A stretch of 64,000 bases of DNA from Rhabdothermincola salaria. GTDB taxonomy: Bacteria; Actinomycetota; Acidimicrobiia; Acidimicrobiales; Acidimicrobilacustridaceae. Positions 27,849-37,251 of this stretch are shown in pieces. The DNA lies in contig NZ_JAJQXW010000001.1 of NCBI RefSeq assembly GCF_021246445.1, positions 62,001 through 126,000 of the forward strand. Direction: 5' to 3'. The position numbers were made by a program, and so were the translations under genes. The notes under the pieces were generated by a model. The model was not told the DNA's origin and searched no databases. It was given only the letters and a program-made list of their open reading frames with translations. Positions within the stretch are counted from its first letter, which is position 1. The number at the start of each line of letters is the position of its first letter.

Positions 27849-28523
27849 GTGCCCGCTCTGGAGCTCACCGACGTCCGCAAGACCTACCGATCCGGCGATG
27901 CCGAGATCGTGGCCCTCGACCACGCCACCCTCACCGTGGGCGACGACGAGATCGTGGCCCTGGTCGGGCCGTCCGGGTCCGGCAAGACCACGCTGCTGTC
28001 CATCGCCGGTGGCCTGCTCACGCCGTCGGAGGGCACCGTCGTGGTCGGCGGTCAGGACATCTCCGCGTACTCGGCCAAGCAGCTCACCACCTTCCGCCGC
28101 GACGCGGTGGGCTTCGTCTTCCAGGCCGTCAACCTGGTCCCCTTCCTCACCGCCCGGGAGAACCTCATGGTGGTGAACGACTTCGGGAACCGGCGCAGCC
28201 ACAAGGTGGCGAGGGAGCGAGCCGAGCGCCTCCTCGACGAGTTGGGGCTCTCGGAGCGCACCGACAACGTGCCGGGGCAGCTCTCCGGTGGCGAGCGCCA
28301 GCGGGTGGCCATCGGGCGGGCGCTGATGAACGAGCCCGATCTGGTACTGATCGACGAGCCCACCTCGGCGCTCGACACCAAGCTGGGCGAGCAGGTCATG
28401 GAGCTCATCGTCAACGAGGTGAAGAGCCGCGAGACCGCCGCGGTCATCGTCACCCACGACCAGCGGATGACGCACTACGCCGATCGCAGCGTGGCCATCG
28501 TCGACGGCCACCTGACCGACTGA
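27849..28523 (+). CDS. ABC transporter ATP-binding protein (LolD-like)
   Basis: GPSGSGKT, LSGGERQRV, IDEPTSALD, VTHD. Confidence 0.95.
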   Translation: MPALELTDVRKTYRSGDAEIVALDHATLTVGDDEIVALVGPSGSGKTTLLSIAGGLLTPSEGTVVVGGQDISAYSAKQLTTFRRDAVGFVFQAVNLVPFLTARENLMVVNDFGNRRSHKVARERAERLLDELGLSERTDNVPGQLSGGERQRVAIGRALMNEPDLVLIDEPTSALDTKLGEQVMELIVNEVKSRETAAVIVTHDQRMTHYADRSVAIVDGHLTD

Positions 28524-28570
28524 CGCGCCGCGGCCGGCGTGGCTGTCGGTCCGGTCGATCCGCCGCCGGG

Positions 28571-30019
28571 TCAGCCGTGCTCCACCCGTTCGCCGTAGCG
28601 GGGGACGACGCAGACCCAGCCCAGCCGATCGGCGACGGCCTCGGCCAGGGCGGCTGACGCGGTGGGCTCACCGTGGACCACGTACACCGCCTCGGGTTCG
28701 GTGGGGGCGGTGGCCAACCAGTCGACGAGCTCGGCGGCGTCGGCGTGCACGCTGAAGGCGGGGAGGTCGACGACCTCCGCCCGCACCGGCACGTATCGGC
28801 CGAGCAGCTTCACCTGGCGGGCTCCCTCGGCCAGGGCCCGTCCCCGGGTGCCCTGGGCCTGGAACCCCACGAGGATCACGGTCGATCGATGGTCGGGCAG
28901 GTAGCGGGCCAGGTGGTGCAGCACCCGGCCCCCGCTCGCCATCCCGGAGGCCGAGATGATGATCTGGGGCCCCCGAGCGGTGTCGAGCGCCTTGGACCCC
29001 TCGACGTCGCGGACCTCGCGCAGGTCACCGGGGTCGAAGGGGTCGCCGCCGCCGTCGGCCAGCTCGGACAGGTCGGTCCGGACGTCGGGGTCGCCCCGGT
29101 CGACCGCGTCGCGGTAGACGGCCAGCGAGCGCAGCGCCATGGGGCTGTCGACCGAGATGGGCACCGCCGGGATGGCCCCGGACGCCCGCAGCCGGCGCAG
29201 GTGGTGCAACAGCACCTCGGTGCGGTCGACCGCGAAGGCCGGGATGACGACGGTGCCGCCTCGGCGGGTGGTCCGGGTGATGGCATCGGCCAGGGCGGCG
29301 ACGGCGCCCTCGTCGTCGTGGCGTCGGTTGCCGTAGGTCGACTCCACCACGATGACGTCGGGGCGGACCGGGCCGAGGGTGGCCGGCGGCGAGAGCAGCG
29401 GGTGCTGGGGCCGGCCGAGGTCGCCCGAGAAGGTGAACCGGCGGGCGTGTGGCTCGTGGTCGTCGCCCCAGGTGGCCTCGAGGGTGGCCATGGCCGAACC
29501 GAGGATGTGGCCCGCTGGCCGGAAGGTCACCTCGACCCCCGGCGCCACCTCCGTCGGGGTGTCGAAGGGCGTCACCCGCAGCTGCGAGAGCAGGGCCCGG
29601 GCGTCGTCCTCGGTGTAGAGGGGCAGGGCGGGGGAGTGCTTGGAGTACCCCCGCCGGTTGGCCCAGCGGGCCTCCTCTTCCTGGAGGTGGCCCGAGTCCG
29701 GCAGCACGATGCCGACCAGGGAGGCGGTGGCCGGCGTGCAGTGCACCCGGCCCTCGAAGCCGGCGACGGCCAGCGCCGGGAGGTACCCGCAGTGGTCGAC
29801 GTGGGCATGGGTGAGCACGACGGCGTCGATCGTCGACGGGTCGACGGGGAACGGCGCCCAGTTGCGCAGCCGGAGCTCCTTGAGGCCCTGGAACAGCCCG
29901 CAGTCGACGAGCACCCGCGCATCGGGGGTGTCGAGCAGGAACCGCGAGCCGGTCACGGTCCCGGTGGCACCGAGGAAGGTGAGCACCGGGGCTTCGGGGC
30001 GCGGGATCGATGGGTCCAC
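28571..30019 (-). CDS. MBL/beta-CASP ribonuclease
   Basis: FLGATGTVTGS, THAHVDH, AGHILGS, ESTYG, FSVHAD, VHGE; start uncertain. Confidence 0.92.
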   Translation of the reverse strand: MDPSIPRPEAPVLTFLGATGTVTGSRFLLDTPDARVLVDCGLFQGLKELRLRNWAPFPVDPSTIDAVVLTHAHVDHCGYLPALAVAGFEGRVHCTPATASLVGIVLPDSGHLQEEEARWANRRGYSKHSPALPLYTEDDARALLSQLRVTPFDTPTEVAPGVEVTFRPAGHILGSAMATLEATWGDDHEPHARRFTFSGDLGRPQHPLLSPPATLGPVRPDVIVVESTYGNRRHDDEGAVAALADAITRTTRRGGTVVIPAFAVDRTEVLLHHLRRLRASGAIPAVPISVDSPMALRSLAVYRDAVDRGDPDVRTDLSELADGGGDPFDPGDLREVRDVEGSKALDTARGPQIIISASGMASGGRVLHHLARYLPDHRSTVILVGFQAQGTRGRALAEGARQVKLLGRYVPVRAEVVDLPAFSVHADAAELVDWLATAPTEPEAVYVVHGEPTASAALAEAVADRLGWVCVVPRYGERVEHG

Positions 30020-30137
30020 TGGGCGTCTGCCTCCGGCTCGAGCGGGGTCGTCGCACGCCGGCGAGCGCCGTGCGGGGGTCATGGTGGCACGAACGGGTTC
30101 TCGGGCCCCCACGGCCCAGACGGTATGATCTCGCCCA

Positions 30138-30267
30138 CGACATCAGGAGTGGCCCGCCCGGCGGGTCCGGCAACCTGGGAAGGACACCCAAGGTGCCAAC
30201 CCTTCCGACACCCCCTGGGTGGCGGGCGGGGATGTGGCTCACGTGTGCGTGGGCAACGAAGTGTCCG
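30138..30267 (+). ncRNA. SAM riboswitch (SAM-I clan, SAM-I/IV-variant architecture)
   Basis: ACATCAGGAG...CCGGCAACC...AAGGTGCCAA...GATGT core; P5 hairpin 30237-30254; L3 GGACAC pairs with GTGTCC next to the metX RBS; TATGAT -10 at 30124. Confidence 0.85.
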
Positions 30268-30276
30268 AGGAGTGCC

Positions 30277-31476
30277 ATGAACCAACCGACGAGTCGAGCG
30301 CCGCTCAGCGCCGACCCTCTCCCGGCCAGCGGAGCCTGGCGCCCCGGCGACCCCATCGGCGATCGCCGCTTCGCCCACCTCGCCACCGACCGGGCGTTCG
30401 TGCTCGAGGGCGGCGGCGCGCTCCACGACGTCGAGATCGCCTACGAGACCTGGGGGGAGCTCGACGCCGACGGGGCCAACGCCGTGCTCGTGTGCCACGC
30501 CCTCACCGGCGACAGCCACGCGGCCGGCCGAGCCGGGCCCGGCCACCCGACGGCGGGGTGGTGGGACGCCCTCATCGGTCCCGGTCGCCCGCTCGACACC
30601 GACCGCTGGTTCGTGGTGTGCCCCAACGTCCTCGGTGGGTGCCAGGGTTCCACCGGCCCGGCGTCGCTCGATCCCGCCACCGGCGCCCCCTACGGATCCT
30701 CGTTCCCGGTGGTCACCGTCAGGGACATGGTGCGCACCCAGGCCGCCCTCGCCGATCAGCTCGGCGTGACCCGATGGCTCTCGGTCATCGGTGGATCGAT
30801 GGGCGGCATGCAGGCCCTGGAGTGGGGCGTGATGTTCCCCGATCGGGTGGCGTCGGTCGTCGCCATCGCCACCACCGTGGCGGCCAGCGCCCAGCAGATC
30901 GCCCTGTCCAGCGTGCAGCGCAGCGCGATCGCCCTCGACCCGGCCTGGCGAGGGGGCGACTACTACGACGCCGGTCCGGGGGAGGGCCCCCACCAGGGCT
31001 TGGCCGTCGCCCGGGGCATGGCCCAGATCACCTACCGCACCGAAGGGGTCTACGGCGAGCGCTTCGGCCGCAAGGAGCTCGATCCGCTCGACGACCGCTA
31101 CACCCTCTGGCAGCGCTTCGACGTCGAGGGCTACCTCGACTACCACGGGGCCAAGCTGGTGCGGCGCTTCGACGCCAACTCCTACCTGGTGATCAACCGG
31201 GCCATGGATCTGCACGACATCGGGCGAGGCCGAGGGGGAGTGGAGTCGGCCCTGGCCCGGGTGCGAGCCCCGGTGATGACCATGGCCATCGGCTCCGATG
31301 CCCTGTACCCGCCCTACCAACAAGAGCTGATCTGCGACACGCTCGGCTCCATCGGGCGCGAGTGCGTCCACGTCGTGATCGACAGCCCCGACGGCCACGA
31401 CGCCTTCCTGATCGAGACCGCCCAGGTGGGAGCGGCCCTCGCCCCTTTCCTCGCCGACGTGGAGAAGACCCGCTGA
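30277..31476 (+). CDS. metX: homoserine O-acetyltransferase
   Basis: CHALTGDSH, NVLGGCQGSTGP, GGSMGG, RFDANSY, GHDAFL. Confidence 0.93.
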   Translation: MNQPTSRAPLSADPLPASGAWRPGDPIGDRRFAHLATDRAFVLEGGGALHDVEIAYETWGELDADGANAVLVCHALTGDSHAAGRAGPGHPTAGWWDALIGPGRPLDTDRWFVVCPNVLGGCQGSTGPASLDPATGAPYGSSFPVVTVRDMVRTQAALADQLGVTRWLSVIGGSMGGMQALEWGVMFPDRVASVVAIATTVAASAQQIALSSVQRSAIALDPAWRGGDYYDAGPGEGPHQGLAVARGMAQITYRTEGVYGERFGRKELDPLDDRYTLWQRFDVEGYLDYHGAKLVRRFDANSYLVINRAMDLHDIGRGRGGVESALARVRAPVMTMAIGSDALYPPYQQELICDTLGSIGRECVHVVIDSPDGHDAFLIETAQVGAALAPFLADVEKTR

Positions 31477-32735
31477 TGACCGCCTTCGATGCCCCCGACG
31501 GGCCCCTGGCCGCGACCGAGCCGGCCGACGCGGCGGCTCCCGGCCCCGGGGCCGATGCCCGCCTGCACCCCGACACCCGGGCCATCCGTGCCGGCCGGGC
31601 CGACAACGACACCGCCCTGGCCCCGATCCTGTGGGCCACCACCACCTTCGTGACGCCCACCGTGGAGGAGGGGCGGCGCATGGCCACGGCCGTGGGCTCG
31701 CCTCGCTTCTACAGCCGCTACGGCAACCCCACCGTCGCCGGCTTCGAGGACGCCATCGCCGAGCTCGAGGGGGCCGAGCGGGCCCGCGCCTTCGCCTCGG
31801 GCATGGGGGCCATCAGCGCGGTGGTGCTCGGCCTGTGCTCCCAGGGCGACCACATCGTCGCCCAGCGCCAGCTCTACGCCGGCACCCAGCTGCTGTTGCA
31901 GACCGCCTGCCCGCGCTTCGGCATCGACGTGACCTTCGTCGACGCCACCGAGCCGGACGCCTTCGCCGCGGCCATCCGACCGGGCGTGACCACGATGGTG
32001 CTGGCCGAGACACCCGCCAACCCTCGTCTGGACCTGGTCGACCTCGATGAGATCGGCGCCATCGCCGGGCCCATCACCGTGGTCGACTCCACCTTCGCCA
32101 CCCCGTTGGGCCAACAACCCCTCGCCCACGGCGTCGACCTCGTCGTGCACTCCGCCACCAAGGCCATCGCCGGCCACAACGACGCCACCCTCGGCGTGGT
32201 GGCCGGGAGCGCCGAGCTGGTGGACTGGCTGTACTCGTTCGCTGTGCTGCAGGGGGCCAACGCCTCGCCCTTCGACGCCATGAACGGATTGCGGGGCCTG
32301 CGCACCCTCGGGGTGCGGGTGCGCCAGCAGAGCGAGGGGGCGGCCGAGCTGGCCGCCTTCCTCGAATCCCACCCGTTGGTCGCCGACGTGCGGTGGCCGG
32401 GGCTGGCCTCGCACCCCCAGCACGAGCTGGCCCGGCGCCAGCTGGCCCACTTCGGCGGTCTGCTCACCTTCGACCTCACCGGTGGTCTCGAGGCCGGGTG
32501 CGTCTTCGTCGAGGCCCTGCAGATCGCGCAGCTGGCCACGTCGCTCGGCGGCCCCGAGACCCTCGTGACCCACCCGGCCTCCACCACCCACGTGAACCTC
32601 ACCCCCGACGAGCTGTGCGCCAACGGCATCGGTCCCGGCACGGTGCGGGTGTCCATGGGTCTCGAGCACCCGGCCGACGTGGTGGCCGACATGGCCCAGG
32701 CTCTCGACGCCGTGGCCGCGGCCGGACACCGCTGA
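31476..32735 (+). CDS. PLP-dependent trans-sulfuration enzyme (MetB/MetZ-like)
   Basis: YSRYGNPT, FASGMGAIS, ETPANP, HSATK, TSLGG, HPASTTH; TGATG coupling to metX. Confidence 0.9.
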   Translation: MTAFDAPDGPLAATEPADAAAPGPGADARLHPDTRAIRAGRADNDTALAPILWATTTFVTPTVEEGRRMATAVGSPRFYSRYGNPTVAGFEDAIAELEGAERARAFASGMGAISAVVLGLCSQGDHIVAQRQLYAGTQLLLQTACPRFGIDVTFVDATEPDAFAAAIRPGVTTMVLAETPANPRLDLVDLDEIGAIAGPITVVDSTFATPLGQQPLAHGVDLVVHSATKAIAGHNDATLGVVAGSAELVDWLYSFAVLQGANASPFDAMNGLRGLRTLGVRVRQQSEGAAELAAFLESHPLVADVRWPGLASHPQHELARRQLAHFGGLLTFDLTGGLEAGCVFVEALQIAQLATSLGGPETLVTHPASTTHVNLTPDELCANGIGPGTVRVSMGLEHPADVVADMAQALDAVAAAGHR

Positions 32736-32748
32736 CGCCGAGCCGACC

Positions 32749-33528
32749 GTGCCCGAGCTGCTGGAGGTGGAGGCCTACCGTCGCCTGGCCAGCCGCGTGG
32801 TCGGCCTCGACGTCGTCGCCGTGGCGGCCCCGGACCCGTGGTTCCTCAAGGGTGGGCTCGACGCGCTCACGGTCACCGACGCCCTGGTGGGCCGGCGGCT
32901 CACCGATGCCCGGCGGATCGGCAAGCTCCTGGTGATCGACACCGACGGGCCCACCCTGGGGCTGCGCTTCGGGATGACGGGAGTGCTCGACGTCGACGGG
33001 GTCGACGGGGTCGAGCGCCTGGAGTACGGCGGCAGCCGCCGAGAGCCGGCGTGGGATCGCTTCACCCTCGTGTTCGAGGGCGATCGGGCGCTGAAGGTGC
33101 GTGACGCCCGCCGCCTGGGCGGGGTGGAGCTCGACCCCGACGAGGCCCGCCTCGGCATCGATGCCGCCGCCCTGACCCCGGCCGGGCTCCGAGCCGTGCT
33201 GGGCACCAGCCAGGCCCCGCTCAAGGCCCGGTTGATGGACCAGGCCCGGGTCGCCGGGCTGGGGAACCTGCTCACCGACGAAGCCCTCTGGCGCGCCGGC
33301 CTCGACCCCGCCCGCCCGGCGGGGAGCCTCTCGCCCGCCGAGCAGCGGCGCCTGCTGACCCACATCCGGCGCACGCTCGACGAGCTGGGGGAGCGGGGTG
33401 GGTCCCACACCGGGGACCTGCAGGCCAGCCGTCGCCGAGGCGGTGTGTGCCCCCGCGACGGCGCCGAGCTCGAGCGCCGCACGGTGGGCGGGCGCACGAC
33501 GTACTCGTGCCCGCACCACCAGCACTGA
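32749..33528 (+). CDS. Fpg/Nei family DNA glycosylase
   Basis: N-terminal PELLEVE, RIGK, FGMTG, GLGNLLTDE, C-terminal CPRDG...CPHHQ finger. Confidence 0.9.
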   Translation: MPELLEVEAYRRLASRVVGLDVVAVAAPDPWFLKGGLDALTVTDALVGRRLTDARRIGKLLVIDTDGPTLGLRFGMTGVLDVDGVDGVERLEYGGSRREPAWDRFTLVFEGDRALKVRDARRLGGVELDPDEARLGIDAAALTPAGLRAVLGTSQAPLKARLMDQARVAGLGNLLTDEALWRAGLDPARPAGSLSPAEQRRLLTHIRRTLDELGERGGSHTGDLQASRRRGGVCPRDGAELERRTVGGRTTYSCPHHQH

Positions 33529-33574
33529 TCCCTCGCCCCCGAGGCCTGTCGGCGCGACACTCGCTCCCACCGCG

Positions 33575-33649
33575 ACCCTGGCCCCTTCCTCGGTTCCTGC
33601 ATGGTTTCGGCGTGCTGGAGCACGTCCAAACCATGCAGGAAGCCAGGGT
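33575..33649. repeat. long intergenic palindrome (REP-like or terminator)
   Basis: TTCCTGCATGGTTT-CGGCGTGC...GCACGTCC-AAACCATGCAGGAA, with outer ACCCTGGC/GCCAGGGT arms. Confidence 0.65.
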
Positions 33650-33773
33650 TCCGATCGGGTTGTCGGTGCCACCGATCGACGGGGGGTCGGCGGGTAGCAT
33701 CGCCGGATCGTCCCGGCCCGGGTCGATCCTGGACACGACCAGTCGCCCGGACCCGATCAGAAGGCTGTCCTTG

Positions 33774-35399
33774 GTGTCGCCCCTCCCCACGAGCCAACCG
33801 CCCGTCCGAGGCGTCGCCGATCAGGCACGCCTGCGGACTCTGGCGAGCCTCGTGGCAGCGTTGGTGGCCGGGACGGCGTTGCTGGTCGCGCTGCTCTCGA
33901 CGCCGGCGTCGGCCGCGGACGACCCGACCACCACGGCGCCGCCGACGACCGCCCCACCGACGACGCCGCCGCCGACGACGGCCCCGCCCACCACCGCCCC
34001 GCCCACCACGCAGCCGCCGCCTCCGCCCCCACCCCCCCCTCCGCCGCCGCCGACGAACCCGCCCACGACGCGCGCGCCGGCGACCACCTCGCCCCCTCGT
34101 ACCACGGCCACCACCAGCCCGCCGACCACGGCCCCGACCACCACCGAGGCGCCGAGCACCACGGCCTCGACCACCACCACGACCGCCGATCCCGCGGTCG
34201 TGATCCCGGGCAACACCACCACCACCGTGGCCCCCGGCGACGACGATGGCGGTAGCGGTGGCCCCTCGACCTCCACCCAGCTGGCCCTGGTCGTGGGCGG
34301 GCTGGTCGCCGTGGCCGGCGGCCTGTCGGTCCTCACCTTCCTCTACTGGCGCCGCACCCGACCGGTGCCCTACAACGCGGCGCTCGACGCCCTGGGCGAG
34401 CTGGCCGGTCCGCCCCCCATCACCGGCTCGGGTCCGGTGGTCGCCGGGGCACCGACGGTCCTCGACGGCCCCCTCGGGGTCGACGGACCTCTCGGAGCCG
34501 AGGAGTCGCCCACCCGCGCCGGCCCCGTCGGACCCTCGGGTGAGCCCACCGTGGCCGCCGCCGTCGTGGGCAGCCCAGGACCGGCGAACGACGACGTCCC
34601 CGTGGACCCGGCGCCTTCCACCCGTGCGGTCCCGGCGCTCGAGGCGGACGCGTCGCCCATCGTCCCGGGCGGCCCGGGCTTCCGTGTCGTGGGCCCGGTC
34701 GCCGCCGGCGCGGCTGCGGCCGCCGCCGCGTCCGGTGACGACGAACCCGTCGACCAGGCCGACGACCGCCCATCGGTCGACGGGGGCGGCGCGCCGACCG
34801 CAGCTGCCGCGGCGGACGAGAGCGCCGCGGCGCCCCTGGAGGATGACGACGAGCCTGGGGCGAGCCGATCTGCAGGCTCCGCCCCGGACCACCGCACCGA
34901 CGAGCCCACGGTCGACGAGACCACGATCGCCGCACCGGTGATCGAACCCACGGCGGGCGAACCGCCGGTTGCGGAGCCGACGGTGGACGAAACCGCGGTC
35001 GAGGAGCCTGCGGTCGAGGAGCCTGCGGTCGAGGAGTCTGCGGTCGAGGAGTCTGCGGTCTCCGCCGCGCCCGTGGTGAGCCCGGTCGCGGCGCCGTTCC
35101 GTTTCGTGACCCGCGAGGAGCTCGAGCCGGTGGAGCCGGTCGAGCCCGCTCGACGCGACGCGGTGACCCCGCCGGGCGATCACGACGCGCCGGCCGTCGA
35201 CGCGCCGGCCATCGAAGCGCCGGCGCTGTTCCCCGACGGCGAGGGACCCCGCCCGGTCGAGCCCGCCCGCACCGACGCCGACGACGACCCCGCCGCTGCC
35301 GACGAACCGCTGACGTTGTCGCTGTGGGACGACGACGAACCGGCGCCGCAGATCGCTCCTCTCAGCCCCGAGGACCTCTTCGGACCCGACCGTCGTTGA
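33774..35399 (+). CDS. Pro/Thr-rich membrane protein with acidic disordered tail
   Basis: Signal-peptide-like segment, TTAPP repeats, TM helix followed by YWRRTRP, AVEEP repeats; start uncertain. Confidence 0.7.
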   Translation: MSPLPTSQPPVRGVADQARLRTLASLVAALVAGTALLVALLSTPASAADDPTTTAPPTTAPPTTPPPTTAPPTTAPPTTQPPPPPPPPPPPPPTNPPTTRAPATTSPPRTTATTSPPTTAPTTTEAPSTTASTTTTTADPAVVIPGNTTTTVAPGDDDGGSGGPSTSTQLALVVGGLVAVAGGLSVLTFLYWRRTRPVPYNAALDALGELAGPPPITGSGPVVAGAPTVLDGPLGVDGPLGAEESPTRAGPVGPSGEPTVAAAVVGSPGPANDDVPVDPAPSTRAVPALEADASPIVPGGPGFRVVGPVAAGAAAAAAASGDDEPVDQADDRPSVDGGGAPTAAAAADESAAAPLEDDDEPGASRSAGSAPDHRTDEPTVDETTIAAPVIEPTAGEPPVAEPTVDETAVEEPAVEEPAVEESAVEESAVSAAPVVSPVAAPFRFVTREELEPVEPVEPARRDAVTPPGDHDAPAVDAPAIEAPALFPDGEGPRPVEPARTDADDDPAAADEPLTLSLWDDDEPAPQIAPLSPEDLFGPDRR

Positions 35400-35453
35400 C
35401 GTCGTCGATCCGCCGGCCCGAACCCTGCCGGGGGTGGGCGGTACGGTTGGGGC

Positions 35454-35699
35454 ATGGCCACCTTCGATCCCGACGAGATGATCACGCGGTTCCGAGAGCG
35501 GGCCACAGCGGTGAAAACCAGGCCGCTGCCGCCCGTCGCCGGAGCGGAACGGGCCAAGTTCGTGGCCCAGGCGCAGGTCGACTACCAGGACTTCGCCATC
35601 ATCGGTGACGCCGAGGCCACGGTCGAGGACGGCATCCTGACGTTGCGCGTGGACCTGCGTCCACCGGAGGCCCGGCAGGGCGACGCCGGTGGGGCCTGA
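35454..35699 (+). CDS. hypothetical protein
   Basis: 81-aa ORF with typical codon bias, in an operon-like run. Confidence 0.75.
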   Translation: MATFDPDEMITRFRERATAVKTRPLPPVAGAERAKFVAQAQVDYQDFAIIGDAEATVEDGILTLRVDLRPPEARQGDAGGA

Positions 35700-36372
35700 G
35701 GCGGAGCTGGTCCCGGTCCCGGCGCCCCCGTCGGGAGCTGACCCCCGGCGCTTCGTCGCCGCCGTCGAGGCCATCGACGCCGCCAACGCCCACGACCCCA
35801 ACCAGATGGAGGTCGATGGCACCACCCTGCCCAAGGAACTGGCCCACGCCGCGGCCATGACGACCTGGGTGCGCCGGCTCGACCCGGAGGCCGACGAGGC
35901 CCAGCTGCTGGCGGCGCGAGCCCACCACTTCCGGCGCTGGACCCATCCCCGCTCGGCCTTCCCCGAGGGGCGGGCCGGGTACCTGCGGTGGCGCACCGAG
36001 GCCAAGGCCCGGCAGGCGGCCGAGGTGGCCGAGCTCCTCACCTCGGTCGGCTACGGGCCCGACGTGGTCGACCGCGTGCGTGAGCTGGTGGGCAAGGTGG
36101 GGCTGGGCCGGGGCGACCTGCCCGACGTCGACGGCCGCCCGCCGGCGGTGCAGACGCACGAGGACGCCCTCTGCCTGGTCTTCCTCACCACCCAGTTCGA
36201 TCCCCTGGCCGATCAGCTGGGCGACGACAAGATGGTCGACGTCCTGGCGCGCACGTTGGCCAAGATGGGCGCCCGTGGGCGGGCCGAGGCGCTGGGTCTC
36301 GATCTCGACGAGCGGGCCCTGGTCCTCGTCGCGGCCGCGGTCGAACGTGCGGGAGGCGCCGGTGAGCGATGA
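35689..36372 (+). CDS. DUF4202 family protein
   Basis: IDAANAHDP, LAARAHHFRRW, GRAGYLRWR, EDALCLVFL, KMG. Confidence 0.82.
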   Translation: MGPEAELVPVPAPPSGADPRRFVAAVEAIDAANAHDPNQMEVDGTTLPKELAHAAAMTTWVRRLDPEADEAQLLAARAHHFRRWTHPRSAFPEGRAGYLRWRTEAKARQAAEVAELLTSVGYGPDVVDRVRELVGKVGLGRGDLPDVDGRPPAVQTHEDALCLVFLTTQFDPLADQLGDDKMVDVLARTLAKMGARGRAEALGLDLDERALVLVAAAVERAGGAGER

Positions 36373-37039
36373 GGAGGGCGGCCTCGACCCGGTCTCCGAC
36401 CTCGCCGGGCTCGACGAGCTGTTGGCGTCGCCGACGGAGCCGCTGAGCGACGAAGACGACGAGATCACCGGAGCTCCGGGCCTCTACGTCACGCCATCGC
36501 GGGGGCTGGCATCAGGTGGCTCCCGGCCCCTCCCGGTCGACACGTCCCGGCTGGACGACGAACCTCCCCCGTCCGGAGGCACCGCCGCCGCCGGTCGTCC
36601 GGTCGGGCCTCCGGCCACGACGGCCACGACGAGTCCTGCGGCCGAGTCGGGACGGGCCCGGACGGAACAGATGCCGGCCGAGTCGACTGCCGAGCCGCCG
36701 CCGTTCGTCTCCCCCGACGCGGACCTCGGGCCGACCGTCGGTGCCGACGAGGCGCTTGCTGCGGCCGTGCACCGGGGACCGAGGTGGCACCCGCCGCCGG
36801 TGAAGGCCCCACCGCTCGCGACTCCACTCGACGTCGGCCCTGTTGGGCCGCCGCCGTCCCCGCCACCGCCAGCCCCGTCGGCCGGGCCTGCCGCGGCGGT
36901 GCCCGCGGGCTCACGGCCCGAGTCACGGCAGGTCCCGGAGCGCCGTGCCCATCCACGGGTGCGGCGGTGGTTCGGGCGGAACCGGGACGAGACCATCGAC
37001 GACACGGAGCCGAGGGGCCAGGCGCCGGGGGCGTCCTGA
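36362..37039 (+). CDS. hypothetical Pro/Ala-rich protein
   Basis: ORF overlapping the DUF4202 stop and filling the gap to the tRNA; low complexity. Confidence 0.45.
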   Translation: MSDEEGGLDPVSDLAGLDELLASPTEPLSDEDDEITGAPGLYVTPSRGLASGGSRPLPVDTSRLDDEPPPSGGTAAAGRPVGPPATTATTSPAAESGRARTEQMPAESTAEPPPFVSPDADLGPTVGADEALAAAVHRGPRWHPPPVKAPPLATPLDVGPVGPPPSPPPPAPSAGPAAAVPAGSRPESRQVPERRAHPRVRRWFGRNRDETIDDTEPRGQAPGAS

Positions 37040-37109
37040 CGGCCACCGGCTCTCGTCGGTCGCGGCTTTGGTGTGGGCCCGAACCCGCTTGCTATGGTGA
37101 CGTGCCCAC

Positions 37110-37185
37110 GCGGACGTAGCTCAGTTGGTAGAGCATCACCTTGCCAAGGTGAGGGTCGCGAGTTCGAATCTCGTCGTCCGCTCCA
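37110..37185 (+). tRNA. tRNA-Gly(GCC)
   Basis: Cloverleaf, anticodon loop TTGCCAA, TTCGAAT T-loop, encoded CCA; extended -10 TGCTATGGT at 37090-37098. Confidence 0.97.
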
Positions 37186-37194
37186 CGAAGCATC

Positions 37195-37227
37195 GCCGCA
37201 GGCGCCTCTCCGGAGGCGCCTGCGGCG
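37195..37227. terminator. GC-rich hairpin downstream of tRNA-Gly
   Basis: GCCGCAGGCGCCTC-TCCG-GAGGCGCCTGCGGC. Confidence 0.65.
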
Positions 37228-37251
37228 CGTCGGCGGAGGGCTCGAGCGGGG

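Noticed and set aside
32775..36041. Very long opposite-strand or alternate-frame ORFs (this 1088-aa ORF, 57149-60064, 16981-19815 and others)
   Set aside because: Shadow ORFs typical of high-GC DNA; they overlap well-supported genes and have no motifs
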